Of a stretch of 64,000 nt of DNA, positions 9,631 through 18,893 are shown in pieces. The DNA comes from Candidatus Multivoradales bacterium (lineage in GTDB: Bacteria > Acidobacteriota > Thermoanaerobaculia > Multivoradales > J023). Where the stretch lies: assembly GCA_965248925.1 (NCBI GenBank), contig CBDFLE010000005.1, positions 384,001-448,000 on the forward strand. Direction: 5' to 3'. A program made the position numbers and the translations under genes. The notes under the pieces were generated by a model. The model was not told the DNA's origin, made no database searches, and saw only the letters and a program-made list of their open reading frames with translations. The number at the start of each line of letters is the position of its first letter. Position 1 is the stretch's first letter.

Positions 9631-10001
9631 CCGAGCGCTTCCAGCAGCAATGCCACGTCGGCCAGAGCCAGGCCCTCCACGCGGTGGCCAGCGACAGTCA
9701 CCAGGACCAAGCCCTCTCGATGGCTTCGATTCATGATTGCTACTTCGTCGGCCTCTACGACTTCGACCGCCCGCAGCTGAATCGGCCTCGGCGGCGCTGC
9801 CTCGATCCAGCGGCGGAGCGTGTCGACGCCGACTCCCAAAGCAGCGGCCACCCGGCCCAACCGATCGCCGTTGGACTGCGCTTCCAAAGCAACTTCCACG
9901 GCTTCTGCCCGAAGGGAAGCCGGATACCGACATCCGCGGCCTGGGCGGCAGCCAAAGTAGACCTCGACCTGATGACGAAAGCTCGCAATTCGTTGTTCCA
10001 T
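9627..10001 (-). CDS. tnpA: IS66 accessory HTH protein TnpA
   Basis: YPASLRAEAV...VAAALGVGVDTLRRW HTH; AAAGGAGG RBS; ATGA overlap with tnpB. Confidence 0.85.
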   Translation of the reverse strand: MEQRIASFRHQVEVYFGCRPGRGCRYPASLRAEAVEVALEAQSNGDRLGRVAAALGVGVDTLRRWIEAAPPRPIQLRAVEVVEADEVAIMNRSHREGLVLVTVAGHRVEGLALADVALLLEALG

Positions 10002-10355
10002 AACGGTTCCTCCTTTTGAGGAATCACCATGCAACAGATCCGGCCGCTTGGCCAGACGGGGCGCGGCGATGTCTTACGGAAATAAAGGGATCTGCGGAAA
10101 GAGAGTACAGAGTTTACCCTCTAGATCAGGATTTCGTTCGGGGCTCTCAGGGTCCGGATCATGGCACGCCTCAACTTACAGTTGTCTACGAGGCCCGGTA
10201 ATGAAGCTTCAAGTTGAACAGCGTCCAGCTCAATTCGCCGACTGGCGTCGTGAATCTGCCACACGGGCCTTGCACAGCACGGCGCTAGACTCCATGGTCA
10301 GTATGCCCAGCTCAAAGTGCCCGTTCAGGGTACCATCCAACTCGTAGCTCTGCCT

Positions 10356-10525
10356 CCCGGTCGGAACCTTGCGGCCTTGGTGTCCTGTTACGAGGCGGAG
10401 GTTCTCGAGGTCACGCCGGGCGAGATTGCGGACGCCTGCGAACGACTCGGAAGCAGCTCGGAAGTCGACGGCTTTCGAGTCCAGGTCGGGCATCGGCTGC
10501 TCATCGAGATCTCGATCATAAGACT
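10356..10525 (-). pseudogene. Internal fragment of an AlbA_2/RecG-C-like ATP-binding regulator
   Basis: DEQPMPDLDSKAVDFRAASESF...LENLRLVTGHQGRKVPT resembles the mid-region of this family; both ends are missing. Confidence 0.5.
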
Positions 10526-10604
10526 GCTGCGGTTCTTGAGATTGGGCGCTTCTTCGGCGGACCATCCCAGCACGACACACGCAGCAGTGCTGTTCCGCGT
10601 GCCG

Positions 10605-10910
10605 TCAGGCTGCTCCGCGCTGAGGCATTGGGGAACACCTGACTCCAACTTTGATTCCAGCGCGAGCGAGCATGTCTACGAGGGAGTCGATGCTGAAGAG
10701 ATCGATCCGGCCGCGCACCAGGTTGCTGATCCGCGGTTGGGACACGCCGAGCAGCTGGGCTGCATTGGCCTGAGTTAGGCCCTGGTCCTGGATCATCTTG
10801 TGGATAGTGAACATCAGGGACGAGCGCACTTCGAGGTGCGCCGCCTCTTCCTCGTCGAAGCCCAAGTCCGAGAAGACGTTGCCGCTGGAAGGGGTGACCT
10901 GGTCTTTCAT
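10605..10910 (-). CDS. XRE/HigA-like antitoxin
   Basis: SSGNVFSDLG...GLTQANAAQLLGVSQPRISNLVRG...FSIDSL; lies downstream of a RelE-like gene. Confidence 0.88.
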   Translation of the reverse strand: MKDQVTPSSGNVFSDLGFDEEEAAHLEVRSSLMFTIHKMIQDQGLTQANAAQLLGVSQPRISNLVRGRIDLFSIDSLVDMLARAGIKVGVRCSPMPQRGAA

Positions 10911-10932
10911 CGTTTTTCTTGCTCCAGCTGCG

Positions 10933-11268
10933 TTACTTGGCTCTGACTCGTCGTGCTCGGAGGAGGGTTCGATACCGGTTTCGACCAACTTCGAGATCAC
11001 GGGTCGGAGTCCGTCGGGATTTTTTCTCGAAACAGTGAAGAGCATAGACGGCTTCTTCAAACTTCGCGACCTAGAAAACACGGTGCTCTGTGGCCGTGTG
11101 AATCCGTATCTCGTATACGCCTCTACCGACTTCGGGCATGGGCTTCCAGTCCTCGGCCTCGAGACCCAGCTGAACCAGGTGCAAGTTGTGGCCCCCAATT
11201 CTGCGAGCATCCTCCGGAAAGGCTCGAAGGTCTGCGAGCGCCGAGCCGATCCAGAGTAGGGGTTTCAC
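10933..11268 (-). pseudogene. RelE/HigB (Gp49-like) toxin with internal TAG
   Basis: VKPLLWIGSALADL...DWKPM...GVYEIRI..EHRVF*VAKFEEAVYALHCFEKKSRRT...; stop at 11071-11073 in an otherwise full-length frame. Confidence 0.85.
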
Positions 11269-11278
11269 GGCTAAGGAT

Positions 11279-11306
11279 ATTATACAAGAATCAGTATAGC
11301 AGGCAA
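11279..11306 (-). promoter_or_regulatory. higBA promoter with palindromic operator
   Basis: Minus strand TTGCCT-16bp-TATAAT; inverted repeat TATAC-N8-GTATA at 11281-11298. Confidence 0.6.
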
Positions 11307-11314
11307 GTCTCGAA

Positions 11315-11342
11315 CCCAGACAACGTGCCCCAGACAACGTGC
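11315..11342. repeat. 14-bp tandem duplication CCCAGACAACGTGC x2
   Basis: Directly visible between the two divergent TA promoters. Confidence 0.7.
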
Positions 11343-11486
11343 CACCCGACTCGTACTCTCTTGATTTCAACAAGTTACGCAGTGGTTAGGACGCTGGCGA
11401 CCGCATCTCTGTACTGTTCACCTTGCCACCCAGCTCGGCAGTGCCACGCCTAGTCACCAATAGGACCGGTCATGTAGACTGGATTC

Positions 11487-11735
11487 ATGAGAAGCTTGAC
11501 TGCAACAGACTTCAAGGCTAGGTGCTTGGCGATTCTCGATGAGGTCGCTGAGACCGGCGAACCGATCACCATCTCCAAGCGTGGTAAAGCCGTGGTCCAG
11601 CTGTTCCCGGCAATAAGATCTGAGGCTGAGTATCCGCAGTTCAGCCTGCGCGGAACGGTGAAGGATATTGGCGACATCATCGAACCCACGATTCCTGCTG
11701 CTGATTGGGACGCCGAACGCGGCAAGCTCCTTTGA
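11487..11735 (+). CDS. Phd/YefM-family antitoxin
   Basis: ATDFKARCLAILDEVAETGEPITISKRGKAVV; TAGACT -10 ends 6 nt before the ATG. Confidence 0.9.
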   Translation: MRSLTATDFKARCLAILDEVAETGEPITISKRGKAVVQLFPAIRSEAEYPQFSLRGTVKDIGDIIEPTIPAADWDAERGKLL

Positions 11736-12127
11736 AGTTTCTGCTCGACACCCACGTCCTGGTCTGGTGGGTCGAGGGCGGTTCGCGACTGTCGGCTGAG
11801 CAGCAGGAGGTTCTTGCCACCGCCTCGCAGACCCGGCCGTTGTTGGTGTCGGAGATCAGCTTGTGGGAGATCGCCAACCTGGTCGATCTGGGGAGGCTCG
11901 AACTCAAGCTGCCACTGCTGGAGTGGCTGTCGCGAGCGAGCGCACCGCCCCTGGTGCGCCGGCTTGGGCTCTCGCCCCAAGTTGCGGCCGAGGTCGTAGC
12001 GCTGCCGGATAGCTTTCATCGCGACCCGGCTGATCGTATTCTGGTGGCTACCGCGAAGGTTCACGGCGCAACTTTGGTGACCAAAGATCGCCAGATCATC
12101 TCTGCGGGTATCGTTGCCACTCTCTGA
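11732..12127 (+). CDS. vapC: VapC PIN-domain toxin
   Basis: LLDTHVLVW, SEISLWEI, HRDPADRILVATA, LVTKD; TTGA overlap with the antitoxin. Confidence 0.9.
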   Translation: MKFLLDTHVLVWWVEGGSRLSAEQQEVLATASQTRPLLVSEISLWEIANLVDLGRLELKLPLLEWLSRASAPPLVRRLGLSPQVAAEVVALPDSFHRDPADRILVATAKVHGATLVTKDRQIISAGIVATL

Positions 12128-12174
12128 GGCTTCTATCACGGCCTCCAGATTCGGCCGAGGGTCATTGGCATTCT

Positions 12175-13662
12175 TCAACTCTTCAAACGCCCCAGCACCA
12201 ACTCCTCTGTGGTCGCCGCCGCTGCCAAGGCGTCGTCGTGGGTGATCAACACCAGGGCACCGGGATAGGCCACCAACATATCTTGTAAGCGCTCGATCGA
12301 TGGCAGGTCGAGGTGATTGGTGGGCTCATCGAGCAAGACCACCCATACCCGATGACCGAGTCCCCAAGCTAGCTCGAGTTTGCGGGCTTCGCCCGGCGAG
12401 GGCCGCTCGGTGAGGAGCAAACGCTGGGGATCGCAGCCGAGGGCGGCGACCAATTCCAGCACCCTGCCACGTTGATCGGAGGGCAGACGATGGAGTTCTG
12501 CTAGGCGCTGGTGGGCTGCTTGGGCCGTGAGTTCTTGGGGCAGATAGAGCATCCGTCTTAGGCCGGGGCCGCCGCTGTCGAGCAAGGCCCGCAGCAGGGT
12601 GCTCTTGCCTGAGCCGTTGGCGCCGGCCAGGCGCAACCGCGTGTGGCGCTCGATGGTCAGCTGGACGTTGCGCTGCAACACTCGGTCGCCCGCCCGCAGC
12701 TCGGCAGTGGAGACGCTCAGCAGCCGACGGACGGGGGCGGGCTCGAAATCGACAAAGAAGGCACTGCCTTTCGAGCGCTCTATCTTGAAACTTGCCAGCT
12801 TATGGCACTGGCGATCGAGTTCGCGATTGAGGATGCCGACCTGGCGCCCGAGGCGTCCTTCGGCCACTCTCACCCGGTTCTTGGCGGTCACCGAACGAGC
12901 ATCGCTATCGCGGCGCCCCTTCATCCGACCGCGGGCGCTGATCTTGCCTTTGGCTGATTGTTGTTGGCGTTGTTTGTCCACTAACCGCCGGCGGCTCTTG
13001 CGTTGTTCTTTGCTCACCCGATCGTAGGCATCGAAGGTTGCTTGCCTCGCGTCCTGCCAAACCTGGCGCGCAGCGCTGTAGGGCAAGGCCAAGTGGCGCA
13101 GCTCGCCTCCCGCCAAGCGGAGAGTGGCTGAGCACAAATGGTCGAGAACCTGGCGATCGTGAGACACCAAGATCCCAATGCCGTGAAACCGGCTCAGAGC
13201 CTCGATCAATAACTCGCGTCCCTGGCGATCAAGGTGATTGGTAGGCTCGTCAAGTAGGAGCAGGTCAGGCTCGGTGTAAAGCGCCGCGCCGACCTGCCAG
13301 CGTTTGCGCTCACCGGGGGAGAGGGTGTCCCAACGGTCGAGGTCAGTGGGCTCGAGGCACAGCTGGCCGCGTAGTCGTTGGGCGTCGCCCCGCCAAGCCC
13401 AGGCGAATTCGTCGATACCGGGCGGCAGGTGATCCACCCGCTGTTCACAAAGGCCCACGCGAGCCGTCCGGGGCTCCACCCGCACGGCTCCACGCTGCGC
13501 TCGCAAGGCACCGCTGAACAAGCGCAGCAAGGTGCTCTTGCCACAGCCGTTGGCTCCCACCACGCAGGTCCATCCGGCGGTCAAGTGGCAGGTGGCATCC
13601 TTCAACAACGACACGCGGTCGTCGTACGCAAAACACAACTTTTCCAGATGTAAAGAAAGCAC
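12175..13662 (-). CDS. ABC-F family ATP-binding protein
   Basis: Two NBDs ([18 protein letters not shown], two [10 protein letters not shown]), basic interdomain linker, no TM segments. Confidence 0.9.
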   Translation of the reverse strand: MLSLHLEKLCFAYDDRVSLLKDATCHLTAGWTCVVGANGCGKSTLLRLFSGALRAQRGAVRVEPRTARVGLCEQRVDHLPPGIDEFAWAWRGDAQRLRGQLCLEPTDLDRWDTLSPGERKRWQVGAALYTEPDLLLLDEPTNHLDRQGRELLIEALSRFHGIGILVSHDRQVLDHLCSATLRLAGGELRHLALPYSAARQVWQDARQATFDAYDRVSKEQRKSRRRLVDKQRQQQSAKGKISARGRMKGRRDSDARSVTAKNRVRVAEGRLGRQVGILNRELDRQCHKLASFKIERSKGSAFFVDFEPAPVRRLLSVSTAELRAGDRVLQRNVQLTIERHTRLRLAGANGSGKSTLLRALLDSGGPGLRRMLYLPQELTAQAAHQRLAELHRLPSDQRGRVLELVAALGCDPQRLLLTERPSPGEARKLELAWGLGHRVWVVLLDEPTNHLDLPSIERLQDMLVAYPGALVLITHDDALAAAATTEELVLGRLKS

Positions 13663-14173
13663 GGGTGCTCCCGAGTAGGGTGCCGAGGATCGAACTGGTT
13701 CGGATATCGAACGCTATCGGTCCCCTGGATCCACCTGGCAGTGGTCCGGCACCGGATGAGGCCGTCAGGGCTTCGTCAACTCAGGATTTCTGGCGCAACC
13801 CGTTATTCTCCGAGATTGTGCGCTCGTTGCGAGGCGGGCGCCGTGGGGGATCTTGTGCCGCGAGGCGAGCAACCGGTTGGATTCCTCGGTTGCGTTACTA
13901 CGGTCATCCACGGTAGCACGGGGTCCCTTGAGCCGCCACCCCCCCCCCACCATGGATATACCTTCCCTAACGTCAGCTCCTACGTGAAACCACTGCTGGT
14001 CGACATCGGCGGCAGATGGTCTGTTTCGCAGCTGTGTTCAACCGCCGGACAAGCACCGGATCGGTGCCATAGCTTGGTCTTGCGAGCCGCTTGATTGCAG
14101 CCAAAATCAAGGCCGGGTATACGGCGACTTCTGATGAGTTCGCTGCGACTGTCGCGACCATCAAACCTTTGAA

Positions 14174-14275
14174 TTGACTCTGGAAATAGGACTCGTTCTC
14201 GGCATTCTGGCCGCTGAAATTGTGCTCTTCGTCACCGACATGGTGCGGCTCGATGTGGTGCGCTGATGGTGCTGC
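14174..14275 (+). pseudogene. N-terminal remnant of an SLC13-type permease
   Basis: LTLEIGLVLGILAAEIVLFVTDMVRLDVV, frameshift, ALMVLL, then truncation. Confidence 0.5.
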
Positions 14276-14567
14276 TTAGGGTTGTCCCAGGTCGGCGAAC
14301 ACATTGCCGCTGGGTTCCTGAATGTCGTGGGGCATCTAGATCCCCTTCTTGGACGGTCGAAATATCGCGAGGGCTTGCAGGCGATTTCGGCCCAGTTCCA
14401 GGTCGGTATGGCGCGTCTGTTGGCTCTTCTTCTCGAAGGCATGCAGGACGTAGATCGCCTCATCGAACTCCGCAATGTAGAGCAGCTGGCGTTCGAGTCG
14501 GCCGCGGATAGTCAATGAGCTTCTTCGTGGGAAGCGAGGGGTGACCCGGTAGAGGGCTTGGCTTCAT
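14276..14567 (-). pseudogene. Second, degenerate higBA-like TA remnant
   Basis: Toxin C-half LLYIAEFDEAIYVLHAFEKKSQQTRHTDLELGRNRL (stop 14336-14338) is followed by antitoxin start MPHDIQEPSGNVFADLGQP* (14335-14276). Confidence 0.75.
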
Positions 14568-14754
14568 GCTCAGGCTCTCGATACAACTCCAGAGTTCTGG
14601 TTGAATCTCCAGCAGAATCACGACTTGGCGCTGAATCGGCCGAGTAGAATGATGCTGCCACCGCGCGCGTCAGGGTGAGGAGGCCGGCCGCTGGCCCTTG
14701 GCTGTTTCGCCCTTGTGATGTTGGTGCTGCCGCTTCGTTTCTTAGCGATTCTGA

Positions 14755-15231
14755 CTAACCCCGCACCCCAGCCTGTTTGCAGAGGTGGCGATAGTGCCCG
14801 GCCTCAACCGGCTGTACCGACAGGCGCTGGCCCTTCTTGATCACCAACATGCCGTCGAGCTTGGGGTCGTCTTTGAGGTCTTGCAGCGGGATCAGCTCTG
14901 CGAACTTGGCCAGGAACTTGATGTCGACCACCATCCAGCGTGGGTTGTCGGGGGCAGATTTGGGGTCGTGGTATTTGCTCTTGGGGTCGAATTGGGTGGG
15001 GTCGGGGTAGGCCTCGGCGCAGACTTCGGCCAAGCCCACCAGGCCGGGGGGCTTGGCGTTGGAATGGTAATAGAGCACTCGGTCGCCAAGTTTGATGTCG
15101 TCGCGGATCAGGTTGCGGGCCTGGTAGTTGCGCACTCCGTCCCACAAGGTCGAGCCGTCGCGCTCCAGGTCGTCGATGGAATAGTCGGAGGGCTCACTCT
15201 TGAACAACCAGTAGTGGCGCTTTCGGGCCAT
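14755..15231 (-). CDS. EVE domain protein
   Basis: YWLFKSEP, WDGVRNYQARN, YYHSN, RLSVQPV. Confidence 0.92.
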   Translation of the reverse strand: MARKRHYWLFKSEPSDYSIDDLERDGSTLWDGVRNYQARNLIRDDIKLGDRVLYYHSNAKPPGLVGLAEVCAEAYPDPTQFDPKSKYHDPKSAPDNPRWMVVDIKFLAKFAELIPLQDLKDDPKLDGMLVIKKGQRLSVQPVEAGHYRHLCKQAGVRG

Positions 15232-15261
15232 GACGGTTCCTCCAGGAATCTAGTTTGCAGG

Positions 15262-16242
15262 CTAGGCAGACAACGCCATGCCGAAGTTGGCGGCATAGCG
15301 CTGATGGAATTCTTCGACCGTGTAGCGGTGATTCTGTGGTCCGTGATGCTCGATGGCGAAGGCGGCGGTAACGCTGCCCATCCGACCGCAAGTCTCCAGG
15401 TCGCGCCCTTGCACCAGTCCAGCGACGAAGCCACTGCGGAAGGCATCGCCCGCGCCCGTTGGATCGATCACATCGGAGATCTTTGCCGCCGTCACTTCGA
15501 TGGCAGCCTCACCGCGGCGCTGAATGCGGCTGCCGTCGGCGCCGAGGGTGACGATGACCATGTTGACCAGGTCGAAGAGGTCTTCGCCGGACTTGCCGGT
15601 CTTCTGCTGAAAGACAGCGTATTCGTAATCATTGACCACCAGTGCGGCGGCTCCCTGGGCCGCTTTGGTAAGCGGCCCGCCGTCCATGGCGGTGACCTGG
15701 AAAGACGGATCGAACAGGCAAGGCAGGCCGATCTGGCGCGCTTCACGGCAGTGGCGCACCATGGCCACTGGATCGTCTGGGGCGACGATTACCAAGGCTG
15801 CCCGGTCGCCAGCCAGCTCGCTGAGGCTGAGTTCGGCGGCGTGGGGCATGGCGCCGACGTAGAAGCCGGTGATTTGGTTGTTGGACTGATCGGTAGTGAT
15901 GTGGCAGGAGGCGGTGGGCTCATCGGCGACGGTATGAATCGCTTCGACGTCGATACCCTCGCCGATCAGCCATTGGCGGTATTCGTCGAAATCGTTGCCG
16001 GCGGCGGCAATGATCCGTGCCTCCTGGCCGAGCAGCGCCAGGCTATAGGCAATATTCGCCGCGCATCCGCCGCGTTGCTTGCGCATCTCCTTGACCAGGA
16101 AGGAGATGCTGATGGCGTGGATCTTCTCCGGCAGGATGTGATCCTTGAAGAAACCGGGAAAGGTCATGATGTTGTCGTAGGCCAGCGACCCGGTGACGAT
16201 CACCTGGCCGTCCGCACGAACGTCGAGCGCTGGTTGGGACAC
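15262..16242 (-). CDS. PfkB-family nucleoside/adenosine kinase-like protein
   Basis: GSLAYD, GGCAANIAY, FDPSFQ, VNDYE, DPTGAGDAFRSG. Confidence 0.88.
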   Translation of the reverse strand: MSQPALDVRADGQVIVTGSLAYDNIMTFPGFFKDHILPEKIHAISISFLVKEMRKQRGGCAANIAYSLALLGQEARIIAAAGNDFDEYRQWLIGEGIDVEAIHTVADEPTASCHITTDQSNNQITGFYVGAMPHAAELSLSELAGDRAALVIVAPDDPVAMVRHCREARQIGLPCLFDPSFQVTAMDGGPLTKAAQGAAALVVNDYEYAVFQQKTGKSGEDLFDLVNMVIVTLGADGSRIQRRGEAAIEVTAAKISDVIDPTGAGDAFRSGFVAGLVQGRDLETCGRMGSVTAAFAIEHHGPQNHRYTVEEFHQRYAANFGMALSA

Positions 16243-16331
16243 GCTAGGAAGCTCCTGATGTGGGTCGGGTTCGTTGGGGAACGGTAGGGTGGGCTGACGA
16301 CAGCGGCACCGATTGTCTCAGATCCGTGCCC

Positions 16332-17501
16332 TCAAGGCAAAGGGGGCGGCGGCGGAATTGAGTCGTCGTTGCGGGTCATCACTACCAGAGTAAGGTCATC
16401 GTCTTGTTGGCGTTGGCCACGGTGCTTGGTGGCAGCCGCCAGCAGGCGGTCGTGGAGCAGCTCGGCCGGGCCGCCAAAGCCGACTTGCTGGTGCAGTCGA
16501 TCGAAGCCGAAGGAGTCATCGTTGGCGCCGCCGAGCCCCTCGGGGAGGCCGTCGCTGTAGATCACCAGGGAGTCGCCAGGGCACAGCTCGGCGCGCTCGC
16601 CAAGGCGCTCCACCCCCCGCTTCATACCCAGCGGCAGGGCGCCTTTTCCGAGTTCCTGCAAGCGGCCGTCGGCACGCCGTAGCACCGGAAAAGGATGGCC
16701 GGCACAGCCGAAATAGAGCTCGCCGGTGCGCGGATCGAGGACGCTGTAGAAGAGGGTCATGAACGCCCTCCGGCCCCCGGTCCGGCAGAGGACCCGGTCG
16801 AGCATCTCGAGAACCGCCGTCGGTTGTGGATCGAGGTCGACGGCGGTGCGTAGGGTGGCGCTGGTGATCGCCATCACCAGCCCGGCGGAAATGCCGTGGC
16901 CGCTGGCATCACCAACGGCGATGACCATGCGACCATCGCTCAAGGGAATGAAGTCGTAGTAATCACCGCCGATCTCCGCCGCCGTGCAGTAGGAATGGCA
17001 GAGCTGCCAGCCAGGCATTAGGGGTGGACCCACCGGCAGCAACTCGCGTTGCAGTTGGCGAGCGACTTCGAGTTCGTCGCGCACCCTCACTCGATCGACC
17101 AGCTCCAATGCCAACAGCAGAGTCAGACCAGAGATCGAGCAGAGAAACCACAGCGGCGAGGAGTCGATGATGATCCGGGTGGGGCCGAGGGTTATGTCGA
17201 GGTCGAAAAATCCTAGCAGTGGAATCAGCAGGGCGAGGGAGAAGAGTAAGCGCCGCGCTGGTGAGAGCTTGAACGCCAGGCCGGTGAGAAAGGCTCGCAG
17301 CCGGCCGGGCAGGGCAGTGAAGAAGTCCTCTGGCTCGGCCCGCGGATCGTTGCCCGACAGCGAAGTATAGGCACGGGCCGTTTCTTCCGACAGCAGCCGG
17401 CGCAGTTCTCCGCCATCGAAGCCGTCGGTGTAGCTGCGGCCAAAAGCTTGGGCGCGTTGGGCCTGGTCGAGCAGACGCTGGCGCAGAGGGAGTTTCTTCA
17501 T
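16332..17501 (-). CDS. PP2C/SpoIIE (RsbU-like) phosphatase with N-terminal membrane anchor
   Basis: GGDYYD, GDASGHG, AGHP, YSDGL, DDLT; two TM segments. Confidence 0.9.
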   Translation of the reverse strand: MKKLPLRQRLLDQAQRAQAFGRSYTDGFDGGELRRLLSEETARAYTSLSGNDPRAEPEDFFTALPGRLRAFLTGLAFKLSPARRLLFSLALLIPLLGFFDLDITLGPTRIIIDSSPLWFLCSISGLTLLLALELVDRVRVRDELEVARQLQRELLPVGPPLMPGWQLCHSYCTAAEIGGDYYDFIPLSDGRMVIAVGDASGHGISAGLVMAITSATLRTAVDLDPQPTAVLEMLDRVLCRTGGRRAFMTLFYSVLDPRTGELYFGCAGHPFPVLRRADGRLQELGKGALPLGMKRGVERLGERAELCPGDSLVIYSDGLPEGLGGANDDSFGFDRLHQQVGFGGPAELLHDRLLAAATKHRGQRQQDDDLTLVVMTRNDDSIPPPPPLP

Positions 17502-17551
17502 CTCTGGGTGGTCATCGTATCAATGCTGCATACGCAGGCGATGAGAATCGG

Positions 17552-17580
17552 TTGACGCTCCTCTTCTGGGCCGCTAGCCT
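17552..17580 (+). promoter_or_regulatory. Putative sigma70 promoter giving a leaderless transcript of the queuosine-precursor transporter
   Basis: TTGACG-17bp-TAGCCT, 7 nt before ATG 17588; no SD sequence. Confidence 0.55.
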
Positions 17581-17587
17581 GCCGCCC

Positions 17588-18337
17588 ATGAACCAGGCTG
17601 AGCTGCTGACTGAGATTCCCGTGGGCAACGCCCTGGCGGTACGCCGAGAACGGGTCTTCTTGGTCCTCGCTGGGCTTTTTCTGGGTTCGATGACGATGCT
17701 CAACATCCTTGGTGTTACGCGCTTCCTCGACCTCAGCTTCAGTTTTTTTGGCCGCCAGATCCCGATGCCTCTGGCGGTAGGCGTTTTGCCCTATCCGATC
17801 ACCTTTCTCTGTACCGACTTCATTTCCGAGATCTACGGCCGGCGGCGGGCCAATTTCCTGGTCTGGGTGGGATTGGGGTTGAACTGCTGGCTCGCCTTGA
17901 TTCTCTGGCTGGGAGGGCTGTTGCCGGGCTTTGACCAGCCGATTGCCGACGCCAGCGGGCGGCTGCCGCTGTTTTTCGAGATCCAGCGCTTGAGCCTGGG
18001 GGCGATTGTCGCTTCGATGGTCGCCTACCTGGTGGCCCAGCTATGTGACGTCCACCTGTTTCATTTTTGGAAACGGCTCACCGGCGGCCGGCATCTGTGG
18101 TTGCGCAACAACGGTTCGACCATGGTCAGCCAGCTGATCGACTCGTTCTGCGTCATCACCATCACCCACTTCTTCTCCCACTCGCTGCCGATCGAAGAGG
18201 CACTGCCGATCTGGCCGCAGCTGTGGACCTTCATCCTCACCGGCTACGTCTTCAAGGTGCTGGCGGCGGCGGCGGATACGCTGCCGTTCTACTATGGCAC
18301 CGCCTGGCTGCGGCGATATTTGCAGGTGGGGCAGTGA
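17588..18337 (+). CDS. yhhQ: Queuosine precursor transporter (YhhQ/VUT family)
   Basis: YPITFLCTDFISEIYG, ASMVAYLVAQLCD, LWLRNNGSTMVSQLID, DTLPFY. Confidence 0.88.
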   Translation: MNQAELLTEIPVGNALAVRRERVFLVLAGLFLGSMTMLNILGVTRFLDLSFSFFGRQIPMPLAVGVLPYPITFLCTDFISEIYGRRRANFLVWVGLGLNCWLALILWLGGLLPGFDQPIADASGRLPLFFEIQRLSLGAIVASMVAYLVAQLCDVHLFHFWKRLTGGRHLWLRNNGSTMVSQLIDSFCVITITHFFSHSLPIEEALPIWPQLWTFILTGYVFKVLAAAADTLPFYYGTAWLRRYLQVGQ

Positions 18338-18353
18338 TGTGGGCAAAGTCGTA

Positions 18354-18893
18354 ATGGGAAGATCCCGACTCTATCCATGGCTCTTTGCGCTGCTGGCCGG
18401 GGCTGCTGTGCTGTTGCTGGTGGGGCGTTGTAGTGGACCCGAAGCGGAGGTCCGGCGACGCCTCGATGAGTTGGCCGAGCTGCTTTCCAAGGAAGGCGCC
18501 GAGAGCGCTCTTGAACAGGCCGCCAAGGGGCGGCGGCTGGGGAGTTTCTTCAGCCGCAGTTTCAGTGTTGACTTGGGCGAATATGGCCGAGTCGATAGAG
18601 TTGGTGAGGTCGCGCGCTTAGCTGCCGGCTACCGCCAGCGCTATGACCGCATGGAGGTGGTCTTCAAGGATCCGGAAACAGTGGTGACGGGCGACATCGC
18701 GACGACCGTGGTGCTCGCTGCGGTGTCCGCCCGAGAGATCGGTCTTGGTAGACAAGAACGCTACAGCTTGCGTCTTGAATGGCGTCGCGAAGGCGGCGAA
18801 TGGCGCCTTTCCCAGCTGCTGCTGTTGCAAGAGTTAGCGGGGTCGGCCCGGCGCCAATTGCCAGGCCGGCCGCTTACTCGCGGCAGGGACTAA
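18354..18893 (+). CDS. Membrane-anchored NTF2/SnoaL-like hypothetical protein
   Basis: N-terminal hydrophobic anchor; C-terminal LEWRREGGEWRL typical of NTF2-like folds. Confidence 0.55.
   Translation: MGRSRLYPWLFALLAGAAVLLLVGRCSGPEAEVRRRLDELAELLSKEGAESALEQAAKGRRLGSFFSRSFSVDLGEYGRVDRVGEVARLAAGYRQRYDRMEVVFKDPETVVTGDIATTVVLAAVSAREIGLGRQERYSLRLEWRREGGEWRLSQLLLLQELAGSARRQLPGRPLTRGRD

Larger units (their letters stand above)
7630..10077 (-). mobile_element. Complete IS66-family insertion sequence
   Basis: 26-bp TIRs GTAAGACCTCGCCCCGCCCCACCTGG and GTAAGACATCGCCGCGCCCCGTCTGG (4 mismatches); 8-bp TSD GGAAATAA at 7622-7629 and 10078-10085; tnpA-tnpB-tnpC. Confidence 0.95.
6909..10201 (+). pseudogene. 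Hypothetical membrane-anchored protein split by IS66
   Basis: Removing the IS and one TSD copy joins ...EISTSEI to KGSAEREYRVYP...VYEAR* in frame (278 aa). Hydrophobic segment AVIVAVITAISGILVGIVSG. Confidence 0.75.

Noticed and set aside
14785-16287. 500-aa plus-strand ORF and similar long shadow ORFs (e.g. 7969..8913, 27977..28966, 62573..63847)
   Set aside because: Antisense or off-frame shadows of well-supported genes, expected in high-GC DNA.
17502-17587. preQ1 riboswitch upstream of yhhQ
   Set aside because: No preQ1 stem or A-rich tail, and the promoter position implies a leaderless mRNA.
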